Positions 52,664 through 62,194 of a stretch of DNA of 64,000 nucleotides are shown here, piece after piece. The DNA is taken from NCBI GenBank assembly GCA_963666285.1, contig OY762711.1. One strand, written 5' to 3'. The DNA comes from Sedimentisphaerales bacterium (GTDB lineage Bacteria > Planctomycetota > Phycisphaerae > Sedimentisphaerales > SM23-30). Every line of letters begins with the position of its first letter. Within the stretch, counting starts at the first letter, position 1. The notes beneath the pieces were generated by a model. The model ran no database searches, was not told where the DNA came from, and was given only the letters and a program-made list of their open reading frames with translations. The translations under genes were made by a program, and so were the position numbers.

Positions 52664-54838
52664 TTACATGCCCCAATTGTTTGCAATATAAGACAAATCA
52701 TACAAGTTTACAATAAAGTCGTTATTAAATTCGGCTGACTGCCAGCCGGTAGAATTTTGCATGTAGTTCTGGATATAGATCATGAGGTCTTCCATATTAA
52801 CGGCACCGTCAAAATTTATATCACCCATTTTGCATCCCATATGAGTTTCGACCAGTAATTCAAGATCGGCGGTATCAACCATACCTGAATTATCAAGATC
52901 GTATTTAGAGGCAGCAGTACCTATCGCATCGATAAGTAAATTGATATCATCAATATCAAGGTCATTATCGCCGTCGAAATCGTTTATCGCCGCATAACGA
53001 TAGTTCATACTAAAGTTGAAAGAGCCATTCTGCACACCTTGTGAATCACTCTGAATGGTAAGCTGCAGTGTCTTTTCACCGGCAGTATCAGAATTAAGCG
53101 ATAGAGAATGAACTAAAAATTCCTGAGCGTTAACTGTATAGGAACTTTCGACTCCGGCAATAACAGAACTGCCCTGGTCAAATACAGCGGAAGCAGTAAG
53201 TCCATATGACGGATTTTCGGTATATTCGCCCACAGCCATACCAACATATACAGACTGGTTCATGGCAATCTCGGCAATCTTCCAATCGTTCCAGTTTACG
53301 CCATCGGAAGAATACGAGCCGGTAATAAAATTACCGGAACGGGAAATTTTTAGCCAGACAGGAATAACTATCTCAGCGATATTACCATCTAATACCGCAG
53401 AATCGCCGGTTACCTGACGAGTTCGCCATTTAAGTCCGAAATCACGAGACTGATAGAGCCAGGCAAACTTAGAATTATCTTCGAGAGTTTCGCGAATCAT
53501 AAGACCGGCCTCAGCCGCTGGAGAATCACTTTGCAGTTGGGAAAGTCTAAGAGCCAGCTCACCATCATCAGCCAACTCACGATAGACATAGGTAAAGTTA
53601 TCGCTGGAACCAGAGATTTTACCTGAAGCAACAATAGAAACACTGGAAGGTGAATCAGCAAGGTTTACCGAACCATCAACAGGCGGCTGACCGATATCGG
53701 TATAAGACCAGTTACCTGGATCTTCGCCTGTGTTATTGCTCTCGAGGTTTGTCTTTATAGTATAGTCAAGTTCATCATCCAGGCTGTCAGCGGCAGTATT
53801 GCTGACTCTGAAGCTGAAATTATAACCGGGACATACAACCTTGCTATCCGGTAATTGCGACAGAACCGAAACATCCATAACGGCAGGCATCTGATATTCG
53901 GCAACAACCGGGATATGGTCAGAAGCGGTCATAAGAGCGTACAGCACGTTTGGTGCCGCACCACTACCGGTATTGATACTATCATCATAATCATGGGTGC
54001 CGTTATTGCCAAACCCTCTATAGGAATCGGTTATCATGGCAAACCCTTCTTCATCATTTAATTCCTCAGTAATAAACTGAAAATCAAACCGGTCGTCCAT
54101 ACCGCCGCTAATCATACCGTCAATTGAACGGCTTGACGGAGCCTGGGTATGCCAGCGTTTATAATATCTGCCGGACCATCCGCTGGACTCAAGACCAACA
54201 GGATCAAATGCCTGACCGTTTCCACTGGAAAGTAATTCGACAAATGCAGGCTCATCAGTATCATAAATATTAAAATCACCGGCATAGATAATACTGGCAT
54301 CGCCGAGCGAGTCGGCATCTTGTCTAACCAGTTTAATTGCCTCGTAACGTCTTGATTCATTGTCGCCACCGGAACTGGCCTTGAGATGCATTGTATAAAT
54401 ATAAAAGACTGCATCATCTCCGGAATAACCAACCGGCTGGAATTTATATCGAATAACATGCCGATCTACATTATTATCCCTTGGCACCAGGTACTGATCC
54501 AGCATGCGCACGGTATTATAATTGTAGACAGCGCCCATAGTACCACCGCTTCCACTTCCATTTATGGTACTGCGTCGATAGTCACATGATGGATTGAGCC
54601 TGTTTAGTATCTGTCGGACCTGTTCGGTAGTAGACTCCACTGAATCCTGCTCTTCCATGACGATAACATCAAGCGGTCGCTGGATGCCATCAACATTTTC
54701 ATTACACATCGCCTGCAGAACCGTATCAAGTCCGGTACGGATCTCTCCATTTGCTATATTATATGCAGCAATCCTGAGTGCTGCCGGGCATGGTAATGCC
54801 ACAAACAGGATCGCCAGTAATGTAATTCTCAGTTTCAA
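52664..54838 (-). CDS. Secreted endonuclease/exonuclease/phosphatase (DNase I-like) protein with accessory beta-sandwich and dockerin-like domains
   Basis: AYNI, MEE, HLKAS, AGDFN, DRFDF, SDHIPV EEP motifs; C-terminal DFDGD/DLDNSG/GDINFDG repeats. Confidence 0.85.
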   Translation of the reverse strand: MKLRITLLAILFVALPCPAALRIAAYNIANGEIRTGLDTVLQAMCNENVDGIQRPLDVIVMEEQDSVESTTEQVRQILNRLNPSCDYRRSTINGSGSGGTMGAVYNYNTVRMLDQYLVPRDNNVDRHVIRYKFQPVGYSGDDAVFYIYTMHLKASSGGDNESRRYEAIKLVRQDADSLGDASIIYAGDFNIYDTDEPAFVELLSSGNGQAFDPVGLESSGWSGRYYKRWHTQAPSSRSIDGMISGGMDDRFDFQFITEELNDEEGFAMITDSYRGFGNNGTHDYDDSINTGSGAAPNVLYALMTASDHIPVVAEYQMPAVMDVSVLSQLPDSKVVCPGYNFSFRVSNTAADSLDDELDYTIKTNLESNNTGEDPGNWSYTDIGQPPVDGSVNLADSPSSVSIVASGKISGSSDNFTYVYRELADDGELALRLSQLQSDSPAAEAGLMIRETLEDNSKFAWLYQSRDFGLKWRTRQVTGDSAVLDGNIAEIVIPVWLKISRSGNFITGSYSSDGVNWNDWKIAEIAMNQSVYVGMAVGEYTENPSYGLTASAVFDQGSSVIAGVESSYTVNAQEFLVHSLSLNSDTAGEKTLQLTIQSDSQGVQNGSFNFSMNYRYAAINDFDGDNDLDIDDINLLIDAIGTAASKYDLDNSGMVDTADLELLVETHMGCKMGDINFDGAVNMEDLMIYIQNYMQNSTGWQSAEFNNDFIVNLYDLSYIANNWGM

Positions 54839-54871
54839 TTCTCTTCCTTCGCTGACGTAAAAATTTTTTTC

Positions 54872-55876
54872 TTATCTAATTCTAAAATTACTCTTTGCCT
54901 GAACCATAGGGTCTTTGGTGCTGTTACCATTAACAATAGTCGAACCTTTAGGCCAGTATCTATGAACATCCAACGATTCTTCAAAGGTACTGCTCTCGGC
55001 ATGACCGTCAAAATAAGTCAGATTCATCCTGTTGTTGCTATGTCTGAAAGCATATTTCTCTGTTCCTTCTTGCAGGGTTGCCTCCCAAACACCGGTACCG
55101 ACAGCCTGAACATCAATACGGAATGGATCACCGCCGCTGCTGGAAACAATCGGAGTGGCAGGACCATACATAGCATAATTACCGCCATCATTCTGGAAAT
55201 TTATTGCATTTAGAGATATACGCATATCAGCAGTACTCAGATACCTGCTGCCTTCCATCATAAAGACCTTTTCAGAAGGGCGCCCAACCTTATTAATTTT
55301 CGGAGCATAGTTGTCAGGCACCATACCATTTCCATATTCACTGTCAGTAACATATGGGCTGCCCTTAGAACTATTGGCACTATAAGTCAGAAAAGCCAGT
55401 GACGCACTATAGCTCACCTGTTTTACTGCCTGAACATCAGGAATCAAGGTCCCACCATATTCATAATCATAATATTCTCTGTTAGAAGGACAGCTGAAAT
55501 CGTGATTAGATAATTGGATAAATCTGTCTACGCGATTTTCGGGGAGAGATAGCATTCTTCCCATAAGAGGCGACATCCAGTCCATATTTTGAACTGGTGC
55601 CCTGGAAGAAGAATCCACGCTGGACAAATCTCCCCCTCCAATTTTCAATCCGCTGGTATTGGGGCCAGGGAGCCAATCTTCATTTTCACTGGTATACATC
55701 TGAAGAGCAGTTCCTGCCTGCTTGCAATTGCTCAGACATACAGTCATGCGTGCCATTTCCTTGGCCTTACCCAAAGCAGGCATGAGAATCGACACCAGTA
55801 ATGCGATAATGGAAATAACGACAAGAAGTTCAATAAGTGTAAATGCATGTTTACGTCGGATTTGTGCTTGTTTCAT
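54872..55876 (-). CDS. Prepilin-type N-terminal cleavage/methylation protein with H-X9-DG motif (DUF1559-like)
   Basis: [30 protein letters not shown]...C.SN; C-terminal [15 protein letters not shown]. Confidence 0.92.
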   Translation of the reverse strand: MKQAQIRRKHAFTLIELLVVISIIALLVSILMPALGKAKEMARMTVCLSNCKQAGTALQMYTSENEDWLPGPNTSGLKIGGGDLSSVDSSSRAPVQNMDWMSPLMGRMLSLPENRVDRFIQLSNHDFSCPSNREYYDYEYGGTLIPDVQAVKQVSYSASLAFLTYSANSSKGSPYVTDSEYGNGMVPDNYAPKINKVGRPSEKVFMMEGSRYLSTADMRISLNAINFQNDGGNYAMYGPATPIVSSSGGDPFRIDVQAVGTGVWEATLQEGTEKYAFRHSNNRMNLTYFDGHAESSTFEESLDVHRYWPKGSTIVNGNSTKDPMVQAKSNFRIR

Positions 55877-55899
55877 ATCTTTCTACCTGGTTGTTGCGG

Positions 55900-56109
55900 A
55901 TAGCTCAAGTATGAGTGTGGAGGCAAAACCTCACTTGATATGCGCAGGGAGTCCAACCCTGCACGGCTATGCTTTTAGCTCTCAATATCATATTACTGCA
56001 ATATGGCCCAAAGGCCTTCGGTAGAGACTACTCACCAGACTGAATCCCCATTCAGCGTAATCTCTACAAAACAAAAAACTTTCGTTATCAATGCCGCACT
56101 CACCTGGCA
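55900..56109 (-). ncRNA. Candidate structured cis-regulatory RNA / ncRNA of unknown family
   Basis: At least six stems whose non-canonical pairs are G-U only when read on the minus strand; ends ~24 nt before the prepilin-gene ATG. Confidence 0.55.
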
Positions 56110-56241
56110 AAACAACGATTATTGTCATATCTCTTATTGCATACCAAGTCGAATAATCGACTTGTACGGCCACTAAAAGGCCTCTATAACGCAATCCACC
56201 TTTTCTTTGTAATTCTCTTTTCTTCTATTATGCTATTAAAA

Positions 56242-56274
56242 CTGTGTGCGGCACGCCTTAAACGCACCACACAC
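56242..56274 (-). terminator. Stem-loop after PEP-CTERM gene
   Basis: Minus strand TGTGTGTGGTGCGTT pairs with GGCGTGCCGCACACA (several G-U), followed by GTTTT. Confidence 0.55.
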
Positions 56275-56298
56275 AATTTATATTCTTCTCAAAAATTA

Positions 56299-56910
56299 CT
56301 ACTTTCTTCTGCGAATCAGAGCCAGTGCACCAGCAGCAATCAATGACATTGTTGCAGGTTCAGGAACAGGTACACTAATAGTAGCATGATCTGGAGCTGT
56401 AATAGTCATGTCATCCACCCAGACTGTATCGCCAAGATCTGAATATGTACGAGCTTCAATTACCAAACCAGTTGCTTCCGGATCTGTGGGAGCATAATTC
56501 CATGTCCACTCAAGATAAGTCCAACCTGGACCATCTGAGTATGCACCATTACCACTAGCTGAACCGGCATATGCATCAATATCATTCAATTCATTGTAGT
56601 GAGCCCAGATACGGCCCTTTGGATCTTCATTTTCAGGAGTAGTATCATAGGCCCAGAAACCTACAGTTACCTGATCACCAACCTGAAGGCCTTCGATCCA
56701 TGCAACATAAGCCTGAGGTGTGCTAATACCACCATCAACAAGCTTAAGAGAAGCACTGCCGCTGTGAACATACTCAGAATCATTTGTAGCTGTAACAGGG
56801 TTATAGTTGCTCAGAATAGTACCACCATCTTCCCAGCCATAAGTAATAACTGCCGCATTCGCTGCAACTGCCATAGCTGCTACCATCATAATTGCAAAGA
56901 ATTTCTTCAT
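56299..56910 (-). CDS. PEP-CTERM sorted surface protein with one YGWEDG module
   Basis: Signal peptide MKKFFA..ANA; C-terminal VPEPATMSLIAAGALALIRRRK. Confidence 0.92.
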   Translation of the reverse strand: MKKFFAIMMVAAMAVAANAAVITYGWEDGGTILSNYNPVTATNDSEYVHSGSASLKLVDGGISTPQAYVAWIEGLQVGDQVTVGFWAYDTTPENEDPKGRIWAHYNELNDIDAYAGSASGNGAYSDGPGWTYLEWTWNYAPTDPEATGLVIEARTYSDLGDTVWVDDMTITAPDHATISVPVPEPATMSLIAAGALALIRRRK

Positions 56911-57090
56911 TTTCGTTTTCTCCATTTTTTCATAAGTAATAATTTACTATATTCCAAGTGCCCTCTGCACTCTTTCTCACATTCATAAGTTGGGCAATTC
57001 AACAATAAGTTTTAAGTATTATATACTTAGAACTGTTAGCTTATTATTAAAGGTAAGCGAATAATGAAATTGCTCATCATTATATCTGTT

Positions 57091-57984
57091 CTAAAACTGC
57101 CTTTTATGCCAGCCAGGCAGTTCAACCTCTTTCGATGCCTCCCAGGCATAAAGGTAAAGTCCGGACGTCAGGCTCACGCCTCGTGAAAACATATTTCTGG
57201 CAGCATCCAGAACTTTATCATCTTCTATTGTTTGTTCTTCAAGCTGAGGAATCCCATTGTATAGACTGTATACATAAGGCACCTCTTCATTGCTTGCTTT
57301 GATAAATTCAAATACTGTCGGCAAGATCATACCGGGTATTTGAACAATTTTGATACTTGCAGGATCAGGTAATTTATCCTGTGGTATCTTTTCAATCAGG
57401 GCATCCAGCTTTAAGTGGATACCTTTCATTTCCTTGGCATCACTGCCATCCTTTATCAGGCCGTCATAATACTTCGTCGCATGCAGCGGCATCGCCGCAT
57501 CGCCGCAATAATGAGCCAGGATGCCGGCATAAACCAGGCATTTTGACTGTATATATTTATTATCAGGCCATTTGCGATATTCGGCAAAGGCAATAATTAA
57601 TCTTTGGGTATACTCTGTGAGAGAATAGGGAAGAGTCCCTACTTTGCCGGGCTTCAAGTCATGCTTAAAGCACCATTCGGCAAATTCATAGCGATCAAGC
57701 GGCAATTCATCGTCGGTGAAATATTCGAGGTCAAAGAAATGATCAGGATACTCAGCTCTTCGCAAAGCCTGGTCATTGAGCTTTTCCTTAAATATATCAG
57801 GGTCGATGGAACTGTGAGTCGCTTGTTGAATATTATTGGTAAAAAAAGAAGGTACCTTGCCTTGAATGACTTTTCCAGTCATAACAACAATTGATTCATG
57901 GCCGGCATTATGCCATCCCCCAAAAATAAATATACCACAAATCAAAACGGCAGCGCATCCGATGCGCACAAGTACATTTCTCAT
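57091..57984 (-). CDS. S1/P1 nuclease / Zn-dependent phospholipase C family protein, secreted
   Basis: Mature N-terminus WHNAGH after the signal peptide; DPD, HFFD, HYCGD, PLH and H...D Zn ligands. Confidence 0.78.
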   Translation of the reverse strand: MRNVLVRIGCAAVLICGIFIFGGWHNAGHESIVVMTGKVIQGKVPSFFTNNIQQATHSSIDPDIFKEKLNDQALRRAEYPDHFFDLEYFTDDELPLDRYEFAEWCFKHDLKPGKVGTLPYSLTEYTQRLIIAFAEYRKWPDNKYIQSKCLVYAGILAHYCGDAAMPLHATKYYDGLIKDGSDAKEMKGIHLKLDALIEKIPQDKLPDPASIKIVQIPGMILPTVFEFIKASNEEVPYVYSLYNGIPQLEEQTIEDDKVLDAARNMFSRGVSLTSGLYLYAWEASKEVELPGWHKRQF

Positions 57985-58285
57985 TCGGATCTCCAAATAC
58001 TATTCAATTGTCTATTTCACTCACAAAGTCCTTCTGGCAACCATTATATAGAGTTATAGTTTTAAAATCATTAAGATTATGTTATTTTTTAAAACATTGG
58101 CAAAAAGAATAGCTCGTATTTTTTTTCGTTTTATAATTCTTTTCTATATAGATATTTGCGATTTTAACAAAATTGTAATTTTGTATTTTTTTTCAAATAA
58201 TAAACTTTTTTTGCCTCTGCTTAGAAATACAAATTAACAAAATACTATAATAAATTAGAAAAACAATAGACATAAAGGAGATAAA

Positions 58286-58876
58286 ATGACTGCAATACAG
58301 AATAATAGAATAGCACAAAATAACGTTTCAAATATATTTACAAACAGGTGGTCGCCCAGGGCTTTTTCATCTGAACCTATTGAAAAAGAAAAAGTTATGT
58401 CTCTTTTTGAAGCCGCCAGATGGGCCCCTTCTTGTTATAACGATCAACCATGGATGTTTGTGTATGCAGACAATAAAGAAGACCTTAAGCCTTTCCAGGA
58501 ATTGCTGGTACCACAAAATCAGGCATGGGCCAACAAGGCTCCTGTTCTTGCGGTAATATTTGCGAGAAAAAGGTTTATGTTCAATAACAAGGAGAATATG
58601 TGGGCTGAATTTGATGCCGGAGCAGCTTGGATGTCTCTGGCCTTGCAAGCAAGAGAGATGAACTTATACGCACACGGAATGGCAGGTTTTGACCGGGAAA
58701 ATACATGCAAAATCCTGGGAGTGCCAGAAGATGATTATACACCTATTGCCGCTATCGCAATAGGATACATAGGTGACAAAAATGACCTTCCGGAACAAGC
58801 AGCAGAAAATGAGCATCCAAATGAGAGAAGAGAAACCGCGTCGTTTGTCCATAAAGGGAAATATCAAGCAAAGTAG
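58286..58876 (+). CDS. Nitroreductase family protein
   Basis: RWSPRAF, EAARWAPSCYNDQPW, FDAGAAW, HGMAGFD. Confidence 0.93.
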   Translation: MTAIQNNRIAQNNVSNIFTNRWSPRAFSSEPIEKEKVMSLFEAARWAPSCYNDQPWMFVYADNKEDLKPFQELLVPQNQAWANKAPVLAVIFARKRFMFNNKENMWAEFDAGAAWMSLALQAREMNLYAHGMAGFDRENTCKILGVPEDDYTPIAAIAIGYIGDKNDLPEQAAENEHPNERRETASFVHKGKYQAK

Positions 58877-58965
58877 ACGCCAGGTCCGATCCATAAGTTC
58901 CTGACTATATCATAACCAAGTATAAATCAATAACCAGCTATATTCCCTAATCGGAATAATTTGGC

Positions 58966-60957
58966 TTAGTTACCACTTATACTGCTATCACTTGAATCTT
59001 TTGTGGTGCCGGAACCTTTAACTTCAAAGGAATACCTTGCGGCAAGTGCTCTTTTGTTAGCTATCTTGTCTTCGACCGAAATTACGATCTGGTATTTACC
59101 TGGTTTAAGAGTCGGAACTTTGAATGGCCCCCTGAGAAAGAAATCTTTTCGCTTATTCAGTGAAGGTGTATCTCGTACGTCTTCGCTTATCTGCTCCAGG
59201 ATATTTAGACTGGCATCATAGAGAGTTATTTCAGCATGAAGAAGAGTGAAATATTTGTCATCTTCGTTTTTCTGGTATTTGTAGTTTTCCAACTCGCAAT
59301 ACACAACCACTTCACGCGATCTGCCGCTTTCTAAAGCATTATCAGCAATAACCTGATAACGGCCAAAATCTTCAACGGTATTGCATATTTTGAAATTACT
59401 GATTTTTAAATCTGCCTGATCGGCTATCTTATCTTCAAGGATTTTTACTGCACTGAGAGCATTATTGGCAAACATCGGATCGTTTGACTCATGGGCCTTA
59501 ACACCAAGAATTGCCGCCCGCGCCAATGCCATCGAATCCTTTTGCTTCTCAAGCGGAACCATTGCCAACTCCTGCAAAGCCTTGTCGTGTTCGCCATGAG
59601 CAGCATAAGCATAACGCAACGCCATCTGCAATTCCAGATTTCCTGGCTCTTTTTTCAGCAATTGCTCCAGGTTAAAAATAAGTTCCTGTGTATTACCTAC
59701 CACATTCGCCGGATTCATATAACGATTATACTCAGCAACCGCAGGCAAAGTTTTTGTATCGCTTTGACCGGAACCAACATCAATTCTGCCGACATTAAGA
59801 GCAGGTTGTGAGTTCCTGTCAGTTTTTTCAGAGACAGTTGAGAGAAACGGTTGAGAGTTTATATCTTTTTTGGCTGTGTACTGAGGCAGTTCACTTTCGA
59901 CTTTATACCCTTCAATCCTTGGAGTGGCATAGCCATTGCCGTAAGTATCTATCTTATTTTCTTTATTATAATCCTGTACCTGGTTATTCCTCATCGACGA
60001 GACATTACTGTCAAGAGCCAGAGGCGACGACTTGCTTTCACTTACAGGAGTCTGTTGAATACCAGACTGCAAAGATGCATCTTGCTGTTTATCATAATAT
60101 ATACCGGTTATCTCAGCCGGCTGCAAAAGATTGCGACTTGACAAATTGCCGGAATTATTGCTGCGATACATATCAGATTGAACTGACCCCTGATAATTTC
60201 TACTCAGATTCTGCGAGATCAGAGGCTGTTGAGCAGATGCAGCATGGTAACTCCTGTTCCCAGGATAAGAGTCATTTGCGGACTGCTGTGATGTGTTAGA
60301 ATTTAACTGTCGCCAGTTATTATTACTATTATTTTGATTATTCTGCTGATTACCATAACCGGTAAACTGCCCGGCATTATCGGTCTGCGTAAGCGGCACA
60401 TTATTTTGCAATTGGTTTCTATTATTCAAATTATTTGCCGCTGCATTAGTATTATACTGATTATTATATGCCGATGCGTTCTTTGCCGCCGCAGAGCTAT
60501 TGTTATTTACAACAGGATTGCTTGTATTTTCATATGAAGCGGCGGAGTTAGATTCCGCAGTCGAGGGCAAAATATATGTAACAAAACCATCTCTATCAGC
60601 CTCTGAATTATCTGGCTCAAATACCTGGATGGTTTTACCATCAGAAGCAGAAGGCTGTATCATTGAATCATTGCGCACAGCATTTGCAGAATTCTTACCT
60701 GAAGGTTTCTGACCCATGCGAGAATTGAAATTCCAGTCGTTTAGCTGGCTATACCCGTTGTCCGCCCCACGGCCATATCGATTGTTTTCTCCGATATTAT
60801 CATTCGACATGACCGACATTTTATTCGCTGCCGGGCCGTTATTATAATCATAACTGCTCGGTGAGCTGGGGCTGCAACCTCCGGAAAACAGTGCCAATGT
60901 TGTAGAAAGAGCTGCCGAAAACAGCATACCTCGGCCAACATTATTCAAGTTTGCCAT
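58966..60957 (-). CDS. Putative lipoprotein with long N/Q/S-rich disordered region and folded C-terminal domain
   Basis: ATG 60957 after GGAGG; hydrophobic stretch ending SGGC; low-complexity middle; helical then beta-rich C-terminus. Confidence 0.65.
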   Translation of the reverse strand: MANLNNVGRGMLFSAALSTTLALFSGGCSPSSPSSYDYNNGPAANKMSVMSNDNIGENNRYGRGADNGYSQLNDWNFNSRMGQKPSGKNSANAVRNDSMIQPSASDGKTIQVFEPDNSEADRDGFVTYILPSTAESNSAASYENTSNPVVNNNSSAAAKNASAYNNQYNTNAAANNLNNRNQLQNNVPLTQTDNAGQFTGYGNQQNNQNNSNNNWRQLNSNTSQQSANDSYPGNRSYHAASAQQPLISQNLSRNYQGSVQSDMYRSNNSGNLSSRNLLQPAEITGIYYDKQQDASLQSGIQQTPVSESKSSPLALDSNVSSMRNNQVQDYNKENKIDTYGNGYATPRIEGYKVESELPQYTAKKDINSQPFLSTVSEKTDRNSQPALNVGRIDVGSGQSDTKTLPAVAEYNRYMNPANVVGNTQELIFNLEQLLKKEPGNLELQMALRYAYAAHGEHDKALQELAMVPLEKQKDSMALARAAILGVKAHESNDPMFANNALSAVKILEDKIADQADLKISNFKICNTVEDFGRYQVIADNALESGRSREVVVYCELENYKYQKNEDDKYFTLLHAEITLYDASLNILEQISEDVRDTPSLNKRKDFFLRGPFKVPTLKPGKYQIVISVEDKIANKRALAARYSFEVKGSGTTKDSSDSSISGN

Positions 60958-61199
60958 TTTGGCCTCCGTGCAAATTGACCAGATAGACATTTCCGCCATA
61001 CCTGATCCATCAATATAACAATCCATTGTTCTTGACGTCGAAACTCAGCACATACAGAGCTCAGCCTCTTTCCAATCAAAGTGGGCTAATTACTAAACTA
61101 TTATTACAAGTTCCGATAACTAGGTTTCCACATAGCCTATTTTAACCCAGTTTATTGATAATTCAAATATATTTTGCCAAAAAAAGTAAAGAAATAAAC

Positions 61200-62090
61200 T
61201 CAAACCAGTTCAGATAAAGTATTTTCCAGGCAAGAATTGTGAAATTCAAAACCGGCATCCAGCAGCCGTTTCGGGTAAGCCCGGCATGAAGAAAGCAAAA
61301 CCTCCTGTGCCATCTGACCAAATGCAAGCTTCAGAACAAAAGCGGGAACAGGTAAAAACGCCGATCTTTTATATGCTTTTGACAACACCCCGGTAAATTC
61401 TGAGTTCGTAACCGGATTGGGACTGCCGGCATTGACGGGCCCGCTAATATCATTATCCAGCACAAAAATAATTGCCCTGACCAGGTCATACAGCGATATC
61501 CAAGACATCCACTGTTTACCTGAGCCTAATCTGCCGCCAAGACCAAGCTTGAATATAGGTGCCATCATGGCCATCGCCCCGCCGCCATTGCCAAGTACCA
61601 TAGCAATACGTAAATTAGCCACCCGAATACCAGCCTCTGAGGCAGAAACTGCTGCACATTCCCAATCACGGCATACTTCAGCCAAAAAACTTCTTCCTGA
61701 TGGCGTAGATTCAGAAACAAAATTGTTGCCGGAATTACCATAAACCCCTATAGCAGATGCAGTTATAAACAACTTTGGTTTAGTGTGCACACTTGAAATA
61801 ACCTTTGACAGAAACTCAGTCGATTTAACCCTGCTATTATAAATCTCACGTTTCTTTGATGCCGACCATCTTCCCAGGATGTTTTCCCCGGCCAGATGAA
61901 TGACTGCATCTATTCCTTCCAGATTATGCAAATCAATATATTCTGACCGGTAATCCCAGTATATCTCCTCCTGCGATAGAGACTTACTGTTATTCCGTAC
62001 CAGCCGAATAACAGTGTCACCTCTGACTGTTAACTCTCGGCATAGTGACGTACCAACAAAACCTTTTGCACCTGTGACTAGTATCAGCAA
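61200..62090 (-). CDS. TIGR01777 family NAD-dependent epimerase-like oxidoreductase
   Basis: LVTGAKGFVG, IHLAGENI..RW, SAIGVYG, FLAEVCRDWE, GSGKQWMSWI. Confidence 0.9.
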   Translation of the reverse strand: MLILVTGAKGFVGTSLCRELTVRGDTVIRLVRNNSKSLSQEEIYWDYRSEYIDLHNLEGIDAVIHLAGENILGRWSASKKREIYNSRVKSTEFLSKVISSVHTKPKLFITASAIGVYGNSGNNFVSESTPSGRSFLAEVCRDWECAAVSASEAGIRVANLRIAMVLGNGGGAMAMMAPIFKLGLGGRLGSGKQWMSWISLYDLVRAIIFVLDNDISGPVNAGSPNPVTNSEFTGVLSKAYKRSAFLPVPAFVLKLAFGQMAQEVLLSSCRAYPKRLLDAGFEFHNSCLENTLSELV

Positions 62091-62194
62091 TCTTATTTAC
62101 CTCCAGTATATAATATCAAACACAAAAGTATACACCAGAACAAGCTTAAAAGTATAGCCAGGTATTATAATCAGGATAAAATAAGCCATATGCA

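Noticed and set aside
55942..55964. tRNA or tRNA-Sec gene at the T-loop-like hairpin
   Set aside because: The loop is TTGGACT and no cloverleaf forms; kept only as part of the structured-leader finding.
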